The translations under genes were made by a program, and so were the position numbers. Shown here piece after piece: positions 42,520 to 55,081 of a stretch of 64,000 nt of DNA. The notes under the pieces were generated by a model. It searched no databases. It was given only the letters and a program-made list of their open reading frames with translations, and was not told the origin of the DNA. The stretch is from contig NC_042997.1 in NCBI RefSeq assembly GCF_006345805.1, forward strand, positions 154,566,001-154,630,000, given 5' to 3'. The DNA is from Octopus sinensis. Taxonomy: Eukaryota. Within the stretch, counting starts at the first letter, position 1, and every line of letters begins with the position of its first letter.

Positions 42520-43787
42520 TGAGGTCATCCCATAAGTTTAGTCCGATTTTACCTTTTTTTTTAAATTGAATGAAATTTAATAGTATTTTAGAATGTCTAA
42601 TGAAATCAAAAATTATTTTTATGTATTTGTGTACATTTAAACTAATTAAATATTATTTTACAGAATAATAGAATCAACATTTCTTTGATTAAAACCCTTT
42701 CTAGCATAGAAGTATCCAAAGAGTATTTGAGGCACATAATGCTTTATGAGTAAAAAAAAGGAAACTCTGCAGCGGAAGCGACTCGAAACACACTCAGTTT
42801 ATGGGAAAGAATGCTTGAACGAAAGAACTTGCAGAAGATGGTTTGCAAAATTCAGAAGTGGAGATTTCAGCCTTGAAGATGAAGATCGAACAGGACGTCC
42901 AGTTGAGTTTGATGATAAGCTCCTTGGGGCATTACTTGAAGAAAATCCTGCATTATCAGTTGAAGAATTGACAATAAAGCTTAGTTCAAACTACACAACA
43001 GTTCATCGTCATCTTCAACAACTTGGAAAGGTTCCTAAACTTCAAAAATGAATTGTCCGAAAGCAACCGCAAATCCCGAGTTGACATCTGCTCTTCTCTC
43101 CATTCTCGCGAACTCATTTCACCCGTTTTGGATAGACTTGTGACTGGTGACGAAAAATGGATCTTCTATCGATATGTTGTAAACAGTGACATGGTAAAAG
43201 AGAAAAAGCTCAACTACAACCGAGAAGGGAACTTCATGGGAAAAAGGTTCTTCTCTCTATCTGGTGGCATTGCAAAGGAGTAATTCACTTTGAATAGTTA
43301 TCACCTAATGCAACAATCAATGCTCAAGTCTGCTACCGTCAGCCGTTAGAGCCTTTGAACCAAGCTCTGAATAAAAAAAGACCCGCTTTAGTGAATCGAA
43401 AAGGAGTGATGCTTCATCAGGATAATGCGCGACCCCACACTGCGAAGATCACATGACAGGAGATCGAAGAGCTTGGTTGGGGAAAAACTTCCTCATCCAT
43501 CTTTTTCTCCCGACCTTGCTCCTTCAGACTGCCATTTGTTTCGTAGTTTACAGAATAATTTGCGGGACATAAACCGCAAACCAGGAGGAGGTCGAAACTG
43601 ACATTTCAGAGTTCTTCGCTTTGAAACCAAAAGAGTTTTATATGGATGGGATTAAAAAGCTTGTAAATAGATGGAAGGAAGTCATAGATAATCAGGGAAA
43701 GTACATTGATGATTAAATTTTAATTAAATATAACATTTGATCACTTGTTTTCTTTATTCAAAATTCGAACAGAACTTGTGGGATGAC

Positions 43788-43791
<4 letters not shown>
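42520..43791 (+). mobile_element. Full-length non-functional mariner (Tc1/mariner, DD34D-type) DNA transposon
   Basis: About 1272 bp flanked by TA. Imperfect TIRs read AGGTCATCCCATAAGTTTAGTCCGATTT and (reverse complement) AGGTCATCCCACAAGTTCTGTTCGAATTT. A transposase pseudo-ORF is inside. Confidence 0.95.
42706..43716 (+). pseudogene. Mariner transposase pseudogene
   Basis: HTH region RTCRRWFAKFRSGDFSLEDEDRTGRP. Catalytic motifs LVTGDEKW (~43140), HQDNARPH (~43415) and SPDLAPSD (~43507). The start is mutated to ATA, the WVPHEL region is deleted, and there are several frameshifts and stops. Confidence 0.93.
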
Positions 43792-43828
<37 letters not shown>

Positions 43829-44786
43829 CAGTCACCACCATTCTAAGTTCAGTTAAATTTTGGGGATCTTCTTTAGCTCACAAGATAACCAAGAATTAAC
43901 CCACAGAAAACTTAATAAAGAGACCTTGTATATACGTAGTGATTCTACGTCCCATTACATACGAACGAAATTTACACATCTTCCAAAGCCAGTCTGCTTT
44001 CTTCAGAACTTGGATCTGTCTTATTTTTCAACACTGTAGAATATGTACGATCAGATCTGCTTTTATGTAAAGGAAATCTTGAGTAAAGCAAACCAATATC
44101 CATGTTCGATCCCAGTGTGTGTAGTACCTTGGGAAAGCGTCATTTTTATAGTCTTAGGTCGACCAATAAGTTGCGATGGAAATTGTATAGAAGACTGTTG
44201 GTTGGATTGTAACTAAAATTCAAAGTGTAGAGTTTTGCCAGACACTATGCTACGCTCATTCCGCTTGAAAATTATGTTAATGGAAACAGCGTCAGTGAAA
44301 TGCTCAGTTTCTTACGCGTTAATTCAGGAGCAGATAATACAGTTGATCGAGCATTTGAATATTTATTATCAACCCGACGGATAGTCACCACCACTACTAT
44401 CACCATGTATATGTAAGCTTGCGTGTATAAATTCCCTTAAGAGTTGGGAGAATGTGATTTAAGAGATTTGGCTGCTATTTTCAGTATTTCGGACGACAGT
44501 GGAGCAATTCTCTCATTGGCGGCCTGCCAGATAGTGGGTTTTAATTATTCCTGTCATGCAAAATACGACCGTTAGCTCTTTCATTCTGTCGTTTTACACG
44601 GCACTCAGGGGCAACTATAAACTTTATTTTAAATGCAGTGTTTAAGAATGAAATGATAACTAACCCTGATTGACATGAATTCTGTACTCACTAAGTAACC
44701 TTTGTACAGCGAATATAGCCAGATGTGATTTAACATTTCAGGCAAGTAGAAATATTGATCTTCTTAGTGTATAAACGGAGATTAAC

Positions 44787-45102
44787 CTGTTCTTCGCTTG
44801 ATGGATTAAATGAGTGCTAACTGAAAGACATAGATTAAAATCTAACAACTGAATTCAGCAACGTATTTTATGCTTTTCAGATTTATCTGACAAATTCTTT
44901 ATTGCATGAGTTCAGCCATAAGATATAGAATTTCTATCATATCTATGTGGCCTAATAGTTAGAGTGTTGTATTAACAATTATAACGTCGTAATTTCGATT
45001 CCTGGACCGGGAAAAAGTGTTGTATCCTAGAGCATGGCGCTTCCTACTACTCCAATTTACACAGCTGGAAAGCAGCACCAACCTAGAGATGGAACTTGTG
45101 CA

Positions 45103-45142
<40 letters not shown>

Positions 45143-45843
45143 TTGCAGTCATTTTTTGGTATTCCCTGAGTCAACGGGCGGAAGTTACCGAGAGGGTGTA
45201 TATGTGTGCTAGCGACTATATAGGCACCTAAAACAATTAGCGAAAGCAATTTACGTTCCAATATGTCACACTCGCTTGCGAGCGTTAACTATTCTTCATT
45301 TTATTCATCATATTGATGTCTGCTTATCCATCACCAAGCATAGAAAGAAATTGTTATTATTTTTCGTGCAGCATAAGTAATGAATTAGCAGAATCATTAG
45401 AGAGTCGGAAAAAGATAGTGAAAGTATTTGTTCCGGTTCTATGCTTTGAGCTCAGATCTTACGAAGACCAACTAATCCCCTTGGTATCGATACAGTAAAT
45501 TACCAATAATTTCAGAGTCGATATAATTGACTAATACCTATCCCTCTCGAATTTCCTGCCTATGAGTGGCATTAGGTGATTTAATGAATAATACCCTCTT
45601 CTCATAACATTTCAACACTATAGCTTTTAAACAAATAACTATAGATTTATCTACCTTATACATGTTTCAGGTGCTCTGATTTACGCCATGTTCTAAATAA
45701 ATATTTTCTATTTAATATCAACAAAGAGTAAGATTGCATCTCTTTTGATGAGGGATGTTATCAACACTAAAACAAATATAGAAGAGAACACGCGATATTT
45801 TTTTCTGCTTACTTAGAAAAAACAGAATGTTTCTTTTTTCCAT
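44787..45843 (-). CDS. Candidate first two coding exons upstream of copy B (MEKRNILFFL-I-STHLIHQAKN-R)
   Basis: Exon 45846-45813 reads TTGCAG|GCCATGG..CTAA|GTAAGC (Kozak context, strong donor, phase 1). Exon 44820-44787 reads TCTTTCAG|..AACAG|GTTAAT (phase 1 to 2) and joins in frame to 41719. The second donor is only moderate. Confidence 0.4.
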
Positions 45844-45954
45844 GGCCTGCAATTTGCACAACTAAGGTTTTTTTTTATATTATAAACATTTCAGGCCGTT
45901 CTGATTTACACTATGTTACAAAATACACATGCACATACATAAATCAGGGACGGA

Positions 45955-46112
45955 CCGAGGGTGGGGGTGGGGTGGTGGAACTTAGGGGTACGTGCCTTCC
46001 ACAAGAAAAGAAGTGCGTCCTTCTAAATAATATTACGCCCGTTTCTCCGGGAATTGTGTTCCCTTCTGACCTTGTGTCCTTCCTTCGAAAAATTCCTGGG
46101 ACCACGCCTCTA
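45955..46112. mobile_element. Degenerate MITE-like element
   Basis: A GC-rich ~160 bp block with imperfect terminal inverted repeats CAGGGACGGACCGAGG ... CCTGGGACCACGCCTCT. Confidence 0.35.
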
Positions 46113-46153
46113 AAAACATATGTGAATATGTACGTGTAAGTGTGTGTGTGTGT

Positions 46154-46189
<36 letters not shown>

Positions 46190-47369
46190 CGTGTAACACA
46201 GTGCAAACATATGCAAATATGTGTGTATGTATACATGTATGTTAGTCTTATTCCAGAGAGCTGTTATCAACAATTTTGTATGATGAAATAATATAGAAAA
46301 ATAATACATCAGATAAGGCTTAAACAGATAGTTTCAGATTATGAACACGTAATAAAATTATTATAAATCAATACTAGAGAAGGAAATAAAATATCTATCT
46401 TTGACTAACGTATTGAAAGCCAAATTATATGTTTAATCCTGCTATCAAACTAACTTATTGCATCTATTGATAATTCGATCCAGGATTCATATTTCTGGTT
46501 CATTCCTGCTATAACTATGGAATAAATTCATAAAGGCTAATTAAATAAGAACTTGATATATCAAGTCTGTGGTTATGGATACAGTTCATGACCAGCTGAA
46601 CTTAGTCCTTTTCGTATATTTAAGATAATGTAACAGTTTCATACATGTAAACATTCATGACCTCTTCCCAAGGAAGATCAACTTTTGATCGGTAAAACTT
46701 TCGCTTAACTGACACAATGCTAAAAACTTATATAATGGTGTGCTATAACTTCTGTCTGTGCTATCTAAAGCCACTGCAATAGTCACTACTGATATGCCAA
46801 ACTGAGATAATTCATATCCATGTACACCCCATTCATCTACTTCTCATTCTCCTGTCATCTAGGCTGTGTTTCACCCACTTAAAAAAAAATAGAAAAAAAG
46901 AATTACATCTACTCCCCCATTTCAGAGACTGAAGTGGAAAGAATATATTCTATAATTCTACAAATTTTGTTTTTAAATGCAAAGACACGCGTATAGCTAT
47001 TATCTATTTGCCCTAGACATAAGCCAATGAAGGAGCATCTACGTGGTCACATGATCTGCGAGAAATACCAGCAAATTCCATTGAATTAAACCCTGTCGTT
47101 TTAAAATGGGAGAGACACTTTGGATAATGTAGTTTTAAATTTTTGTATCTAAAAGACGAAATGTTCGGTTATGGCTGATATGAAGCTAAACGATTTGTTT
47201 TAGAAATGTCAGTGAAGCTAGTTAGCTAAACAAAATTCAAAATGAACTATTTGAGTGGGAAGAAAAGAGAGAATCGCAGCACGGCCAGAAAATGACTTGG
47301 TAAGAATACACTGAGCATAATAATTCCAATTTAAAGCACTTTGAAACGGCAAACGATTGGATAATAATG

Positions 47370-47760
47370 TTGGTTTAAATTTTGGTACAAGTCCAGCGAG
47401 GAGGAGGTAAGTCGATTGTATCGATCCGCAGTACTCAACTGGTACTTATTTTATCGACCTCGAACGGATGAAAAGTAAAGTCAACCTGGGTGGAATTTGA
47501 ATTCGAACGTAAAGACAAACGAAATACCTATTTCTTTACTACCCACAAGGGGCTAAACACAGAGAGGTCAAACAAGGACAGACAAACGGATTAAGTCGAT
47601 TACATCGACCCCAGTGCGTAACAGATACTTAATTTATCGACCCCGAAAGTATGAAAGACAAAGTCGACCTCGGCGGAATTTGAAGTCAGAACGTGATGGC
47701 AGACGAAATACGGCTACGCATTTCGCCCGGTGTGCTAACGTTTCTGCCAGCTCGCCGACT
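47370..47760 (-). mobile_element. SINE family 1, dimer
   Basis: Same two-unit architecture as 37976-38366. Confidence 0.92.
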
Positions 47761-48829
47761 TAAACAAGTGAATAATAATGACACAAGGTTCACATAACGA
47801 TTGACACACGGCTACGAATTAACAAGTGATATATAGATGATTAAATCTACTATTGTACTTGATTTGTGCTTAATTTCATCGACTTGAAAATAAGGAAAGG
47901 CAAAGCAGATCTCGTTGGGATTTGAACACAGAATGTAAAAAGAAGAAATTAAATGCTACGAGACATTTTCTTAGGTGCTCTATCGTTTTTGACAACTCCC
48001 CGTTCCTATAACTTCGAGTTATATTACTGTCAGAAAATCATAGTAACGTCGTGCAAGCACACTGTCAAAAGAAATGGGACTTGCAAGAAAGATTAGAATT
48101 GACAGAAAGAAAAGAAAAAATCCTGATGAACGATAATACCGAGAAAATATTAATGGGACTACGATATCAAATACAGTGAGCTGCTTTAATATTGATTAAA
48201 GGAAAATAAAAACATTAGCGATACAGAAGAATAAAGGAATAAAAGATGAAAAGATGACGAATACCAATTCCATGGAAAACTGAGGAAATAATGCTGTCAT
48301 AAAGATACTAATGTAAAACAGTGAAAAGAAAGAATTATTTGGGTACTGAAGCCCGATGAATGTAATACTCAGAATCATTTTTCTCAGTATATAATACTGA
48401 TAAGTTAAATATTCTTGTCATTAAAGTGAGATAGAAGTATAATCTCAGGTTTTAAAAACTAAACCAGCCAAGAAGGGAAAGCTGGAGATCTTACTAAATG
48501 CAGTATTTACAATCAGATCATTGTAGTTGTTTAATCTGAGCTCAACCCTGACTGGCAATCATACCAAATAAGACATTCCAGCCATGACCTTTCCATATTT
48601 TTGTATATCTAGGACTAAGTCGTCCAATGTGTCCTTTCTTTTTCAGGACGTTAGAGTATCGATTTCCTAGTTGATTCGTCAACAACAAGATTGGTCAGTA
48701 CGGCGTTAAATCCTTGAGAAGATAGAGATCAGCAGGGGGGAAATGTGGAACTTAGTCATCATATATGTTTAAACAACATAATTTCAGATCTACCGACGAA
48801 ATAGTTAACACGTGGTCGCTGGAGTTGCT

Positions 48830-48990
48830 AGAAATTGCAGTTAAATTTCCTTCAAATAGCACATTACTGTCTTTTGAAAAGAAGGGAACATTGGATAATG
48901 AAGTCCTAGATGCAGCGCTTCAAAAATTAAGGCATGGTTATCAGAACTGGAATCATTCTCAGTTTGGATCTTTTCTATCAAAGCTGGCCT
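48830..48990 (+). mobile_element. Old, highly diverged SINE-like repeat (representative copy)
   Basis: The motif TGCTAGAAAT(A/T)GCAG..AAAT..GGACACATTGGATAATG recurs at ~12665-12830, 15140-15260, 35810-36015, 36130-36320, 37060-37175, 38850-38950, 44440-44520, 47020-47190 and 49655-49760. Confidence 0.6.
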
Positions 48991-49024
48991 TGAGATAGAC
49001 AAAAATTAAATATACTTAAAATAA

Positions 49025-49640
49025 TCTTTTCTACTCTAGGCACAAGGCCTGAAATTTTGGGGAGGGGGCCAGTCGATTACATCGACTCCAGTACGCAACT
49101 AGTATTTAATTTATCGTCCCTGAAAGGCTGAAAGACAAAGTCGACCTCGGCGGAATTTGAACTCAGAACGTGACGGAAGACGAAATACCGCTGAGTATTT
49201 CGCCCGGCGTGCTAACGTTTCTTATTTTTTTATTGCCCACAAAGGGCTAAACATAGAGAGGACAAACAAGGACAGACAGACGGATTAAGTCGATCATATC
49301 GACCACAGTGCGAAACTGGTACTTATTTAATCGACCCCAAAAGGATGGAAGGCAAAGTCGACCTCGGCGGAATTTGAACTCAGAACGTAGCGGCAGACGA
49401 AATACCTATTTATTTACTACCCAGAAGGGGATAAACACAGAGGGGATAAACAAGGACAGACAAACGGATTAAGTCGATTATATTGACCCCAGTGCGTAAC
49501 TGGTACTTATTTAATCGACCCCGAAAGGATGAAAGGCAAAGTCGACCTCGGCGGAATTTGAACTCAGAACGTAACGGCAGACGAAATACTGCTAAGCGTT
49601 TCGCCCGGCGTGCTAACGTTTCTGCCAGCTAACCACCTTA
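49025..49640 (-). mobile_element. SINE family 1, trimer
   Basis: Three tandem bodies with junctions at ~49405 and ~49222. Confidence 0.93.
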
Positions 49641-50397
49641 ATACTTAAAATAATATGAAATGACAGGGGAGCCATGTATTTGACCTGCAAGAAATAGCAA
49701 CCAAATCTCCTAAGTCACATCTTTCTGTGTTAGAAAAGGGCATATTGGATAGTCCTTTGTCGCATGCACATAGGAAAGAGGTAATAGGAGCATGAACGTC
49801 TCGCTCTTTCATTATTTCTTTATCTCTTTATCTTTCACATTCTTCTCCTCTCTTTTCATCTGTCTCTTTCTCTCCCTCCCGCCCCCTCTCTCTGTCTTTC
49901 TCTGTCTGTCTGTCTCTCTTTCTCTTTCCAAATGTTGATAGCTTGCATATATTTCTATGTCTATCGTGTCTGCGTGTGATTAAAGAGGTCACCACTTTCC
50001 GGTACTAAAAGAAGAAAACATTGCATAATGTAGCCTAGATAAAGGATAACTAAACATACACACACATACACACACACATTCACACACATACACACACACG
50101 CGCTCACACACACACACATAAAATAAATACAGCGACAGAAGCAGTATCACTACCAAAAGGTAATATATTCACCGCCTAAAAGTGGATGTTGCGTTAGAAC
50201 ACACACATACTGCGATATTTACCAACACACATATATATATATATGGCCAGGTCGGAGCAATCTCAAGATTAATCAGCCGAAATTGCGAGAATGATCCGGT
50301 TCTTCACTGAAGATTGAAGGCTTCGAATGTCCCGTCCGTGTTTTTTGTATCGTCTTCTAAATGTTTTGCGTTCTTGTCCCAGTTTGTATTTTTTTAC

Positions 50398-50474
<77 letters not shown>

Positions 50475-52077
50475 CATATATATATCGTATAAGACATCAG
50501 GTCGCTTTTGAGCGCTATTGGTTGTATGTAACTCGGTAACAACCTGTTGCATAGTCGGGTCGTCGGCGACTAAACCGGCAAAACACCGAACTTTCTTGGT
50601 GAGGAGTAGGACTTTTGGACACCCTGTGGGATGAAAAACAAGGTCTGTTAAAGGACGAAGAAATTCTTGAGAGTCAACCACCATCGAGTACAATCAAAAG
50701 GTAGATGGTGATCATCAGTCGCAGTGAAGATAATCCATCTAGGAGAAGGTAGTTTCCTAGAAATAGAAACCAATCGCCGAGGACTGGTAAACAGGTGATA
50801 CTATTCTGCACAGGAAAAGAATATATGTAGATGAGATAGCTTTGTCTACAGACGACTGATGATGATATGCCGAATGTACATAAATGTAAATACGATACAC
50901 ACACACAGCATACCTTCTGAGATGTTTGTGTATACCAAAAATACGCTTAGATAATCACGGCTGGACTTCAGTTGATCAGAGGGTCCCTCATTGTAGCTAA
51001 TATAGGTCTAAAGAAGAACAACCTGATTTCAAGTTTATGGTAATCGGAGAATGTATTGAATAATATCCAACATATAAACGTAAACATATACAATACTATA
51101 TGACCTTCAGCTGGCTACACATTAGCAGTTTGTCTTTAAACAGAATGATATTATTTATAAAACAGCAACATATTCCACAGAAAATGCTACTTCTCTGTGC
51201 AGTCTTGCATGTAGTTTCTTTTGATGTCCTGTTTAGTGCAAATAGCAAAGAGTTTCGGTTACAGTAGCGGAGTTTCTCGAACACATGCATCGTTTTCATA
51301 ATGTATATTCTTTTAGAATATCCATAAAGGTAAAATTGAATATGATGAATATGATTGGATTAGCTGGAATACCTCTCTGCTCTTTGTCTACACTGCAATA
51401 TTGTTCTTTCTAGAATTCAAAGAAGGCTGAGCCTTGGCTTCCTATATACAAAAACATACATATACAAAAACAGACATACCCATACTTTACATACACAAAC
51501 GATCAATCATAAAAACAAACACCACCATGCACACATAAACACACATACATATGCATATACATGGCACATAGATAAAAGGATCTACATAGTTTTGCTGTTA
51601 TTTATTTATGCAGAAAGAAAAGAACGCGTTCATATATATTATTACATGCATACACTTCATACACGCTCTCATACGTACACGCACAAGAAGATACCCATGC
51701 ACGCTCGTACGCCCCCATCCTCCACACGCAATTGTAATTTTGATAGATCGGTTGCCAACAAGCCTGCAAATAAATAAAGCTTTACTCATAACTAACGGAA
51801 GTTATGAAATATTCAGCAGATCTAATACAATGTTCATAAATCTGAGATTCATGTGCACCCACACGTATCTCTATAAGGCTGTAGATTGAAGTGAAAGTGA
51901 TAAGATAAGTAAATAATATATATTATTTAAATGTTTGAATGCATTTACAGTCAATTTAGGGTTGTTACATGTATCGAAACACATCAATAGATTTGCTGTC
52001 CTTCTCTCACTCTAAAATTGTTTACATAGGCGAATCTTTAATATTGTTGACGTAGAGGATATGAGTTTGAAGTTGTA

Positions 52078-52151
<74 letters not shown>

Positions 52152-52429
52152 CATAATACAAACAAAGATACATTAACAGAGTTATGTGTGATGTGGTGTG
52201 GTGTGTTTGTGCGCGCGCGCGCGTGTGTGTCTGTGTTTAGCCGTGGCTCTGTGGTAAGCAGCTTGCTTCTCAACCACGTGGTTCTGGGTTCAGTCTCACT
52301 GCGTTGGGGAAATTTTAGGTAGTTTCCACAGTACCTGTTTCGTGTGAAGCTGTAATGTGACCATTTATGTATATTATGGGGTGGCTTGTGGTGAAGGCTT
52401 GGGGAGAGAACAAGTGGTGTAGTATTTTT

Positions 52430-53080
52430 ATGCTTAACCGTTAGAAAAACTACTGGTTTGAAATGTTTTAGTGTTTTTATGATTATGTTTTCAGGAAGAC
52501 ATTGATTTAGAGTTTCGGTTCAGAATTTGATTTCTGAATAACAAAAAATGTGGTAGGATTCGTTTGTACAAAGTTGGCAAGATCTGTTGTTAACCTGGTA
52601 CGATTCTGTATATGACAGTATTTTCCAATTAATGCTAAACAGAATATTTTTAGTTCAAATATATTTCCCAATCGGATTGTGAAAATTATGTGTGTGTTAC
52701 TTGTAGCATGCTTTGAACTGGTCTCCAGTAAACCCTGTATATGTGGATGCAGTTGTTGGTCTAGTGTTGCTGGCTACAGTTTCACTGTAGGGAATATTGC
52801 TTGTGAGACTGTTTCCTTTTAAAGGGCATGATGATGTAGTTCTAAGGTTGCAAATCTTACTGTTTGGTTTTCACTTTTAGACAGCTGTTGGCGGTTGTAA
52901 TAATTCTTTTGAAGTTATTAGTTGTTGAATAGGATAATATTGTGTTTGAATATTAGTTTGTGATATTTTTGGTTGGGGTGGAAGTGTTTTTGAAGTATTC
53001 TGTAAAATAAATTCGCTACACGCGTGGAGAACTGTATGTTGAAGATTTAATTGAACCAGACAGTTTTCTTTTTTCTAATC
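52430..53080 (-). mobile_element. Penelope-like element (PLE) fragment, GIY-YIG endonuclease region, decayed
   Basis: The minus strand gives collinear PLE motifs: WFN (~53055), CNLRTTSSCPLKGNSLTSNIPY (~52855-52790), YTGFTGDQFK (~52740), INWKIL (~52630) and CQLCTNE (~52575), interrupted by stops and frameshifts. Confidence 0.85.
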
Positions 53081-53138
53081 GTATGTCTTATATTTGTTTG
53101 CGTGGTATTGTACTTTTTTTGTATATATATATAATATA

Positions 53139-53188
<50 letters not shown>

Positions 53189-53193
<5 letters not shown>

Positions 53194-53310
53194 GGTGAGT
53201 GTGTGTATGCTCACGTGCGTGTGTGTAAAATATGTATAGTGTATAAATATATGTAGACACTTGTGGGAACGAACTGAGACTCGTGGGGAAGCGATCTTCC
53301 TTAACTACGC

Positions 53311-53390
<80 letters not shown>

Positions 53391-53510
53391 GATGAGTGTG
53401 TGTATGCTCGCGTGCGTGTGTGTAAAATATGTATAGTGTATAAATATATGTAGACACTTGTGGGAACGAACTGAGACTCGTGGGGAAGCGATCTTCCTTA
53501 ACTACGCTTC
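53189..53510 (+). repeat. Tandem duplication of ~125 bp bounded by (AT)n(GT)n
   Basis: 53189-53313 versus 53386-53510: period 197, two substitutions. Confidence 0.95.
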
Positions 53511-53522
53511 ATATATATATAT

Positions 53523-53564
<42 letters not shown>

Positions 53565-53662
53565 TATATTAAATTAGAGACAAAACCACTATTATGCAAA
53601 TCAAACAAAGAAAGACTTAAGCCAATACATAAAATAATTATATAATTAAATTTAATTAAAAT

Positions 53663-53716
53663 AACCACTACGATCGTTTCGTGTCAGCACTTCTATGAGA
53701 CATTCTTCAGGTGGTT
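53663..53716 (-). ncRNA. Type I hammerhead ribozyme-like motif (HHR-1)
   Basis: AACCAC-CUGAAGA-A-UGUC[13 nt]GACA-C-GAAA-C-GAUC-G-UA-GUGGUU. It has a 6 bp stem I, an intact CUGANGA/GAAA core, a 4 bp stem II (A.C at 10.1/11.1), a palindromic stem III ACGAUCGU and a GUA cleavage triplet. Confidence 0.75.
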
Positions 53717-53800
53717 TCAAAACCTTCTTTGCAAGTTTTAAATTAACAGAATGAGATAAAAATCCAAGGCTGTGGAAGAATTCAGAACATTTATAAATAG

Positions 53801-53848
53801 GTCTTACAGCTGTTTCCGGGAAATTTTATATATCCCTTCATCGGAGAC
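53801..53848 (-). ncRNA. Type I hammerhead ribozyme-like motif (HHR-2, left arm of fold-back)
   Basis: GUCU-CCGAUGA-A-GGGAUAU-AUAAA-AUUUCCC-G-GAAA-C-AGCU-G-UA-AGAC. The core carries a U4C variant, and stem III is the palindrome ACAGCUGU. Confidence 0.6.
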
Positions 53849-54179
53849 GGTGTGAGAAGATGGTTATGCAATAGTTACTCTAGATAAGATATGAAATAGA
53901 GAGTAAAGTAGAGGAATGAAAATAGACGTGAGATATGCAGGGGTATTGTATCTGTAGTTTATGTTATTTAGTCAAAATGGTATACATATAAGATTCCTGT
54001 ATCTTGTGAGTAAGTTCCAATAGTATGTAAAATTGGTCATTCTGTATACCATTCTGCCTAAATAATGGAACCACAGATACAATATCCCTGCATATCTCAC
54101 GTCTATTTTCACTCCTCCACTTTACTCTCTATTTCATATCTTATCTAGACTACCTATTGCTTAAATATTTTCTCACACC

Positions 54180-54227
54180 GTCTCCGATGAAGGGATATAT
54201 AAAATATCCCGGAAACAGCTGTAAGAC
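54180..54227 (+). ncRNA. Type I hammerhead ribozyme-like motif (HHR-3, right arm of fold-back)
   Basis: GTCT-CCGATGA-A-GGGATAT-ATAAA-ATATCCC-G-GAAA-C-AGCT-G-TA-AGAC. It has a perfect 7 bp stem II, a 4 bp stem I and a GUA triplet, with the U4C variant and an A.G mismatch at 10.1/11.1. Confidence 0.62.
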
Positions 54228-54963
54228 CTATTTATAAATGTTCTGAAATCTTTCACAGCTTTAGATTTTTCTCTCATTCTTTTAATTTTTTTATATATAC
54301 ACATGCTGATATATGAACTACGTTGGACTCCTTATTCGCATAATCACCGAACCTGGAGCTTAACTATAGTCTGTCCATAGCACTTACTCAGCATTACCAG
54401 ACACCTGTGGGTCTTATTGACACCATTACCTCTCATAACCTATATATATATATAAACGCATATACATTTAAGTGAAGCCATATTTCAGAGATTTATGGGA
54501 AGAGATGGAGAGTAAACTAATAAGAGTAAGTAAGGCATTCCTAATGTAATATTCCTGTTCTTTTCCTGGAACTCAGGGCTACGTTATTCAAACTGTCCTT
54601 TTCTAAAACAGTAGGATATGATCTGATGAAGATTTAACTGGTTTTTAGTGCACTTTGAGCATGACTTTGATGTTACCTGCTCGTTCAAAGTCCAGCAATA
54701 ATGACAGCAGATGTTAAGAAGCTTTGAATAAACACAATTGCAATCTGTATACAAACAGTCATACACACGTGCACACAGCAGTTTGTCTGCTACCAACTTC
54801 TGTGTGTTTGTGCACGTGTTGGTATGATTGTATACTTATCTAGTGTGTATGTGTGTGTGTGAGTGCATGCGTGAGTGTGCGTGTCTGTGTGTGTCTGTAT
54901 GCACGCTTATGCTTATTTTGATCAATGTGTGTGTATGTATAATATATATATATATATATTATA

Positions 54964-54995
<32 letters not shown>

Positions 54996-55081
54996 GTAGG
55001 TCCCGGGTTGATTCGGGGTTAACCACAGTAAATAAGGTACTCAATACATAGCAGAGTAAAATTAATTTATTATATAGAAGG

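Larger units (their letters stand above)
53740..54288. repeat. Long imperfect inverted repeat (arms ~247 bp, spacer 56 bp)
   Basis: 53740-53986 is the reverse complement of 54043-54288 with scattered substitutions. Confidence 0.95.

Noticed and set aside
43976-44033. Alternative phase 1-to-2 middle exon for gene B (MLKNKTDPSSEESRLALEDV)
   Set aside because: It is in frame but leaves only a very short hydrophobic core and cannot be combined with the 44.8 kb exon. It cannot be excluded without RNA data.
50300-50340. CTGAAGA..GAAT hammerhead-like string
   Set aside because: It has GAAT rather than GAAA and no stem I complementarity.
50480-50900. Higher-GC block resembling a LINE 5' region, checked for HDV-like or twister ribozymes
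   Set aside because: I could not assign a nested pseudoknot or twister core by eye; left unclassified.
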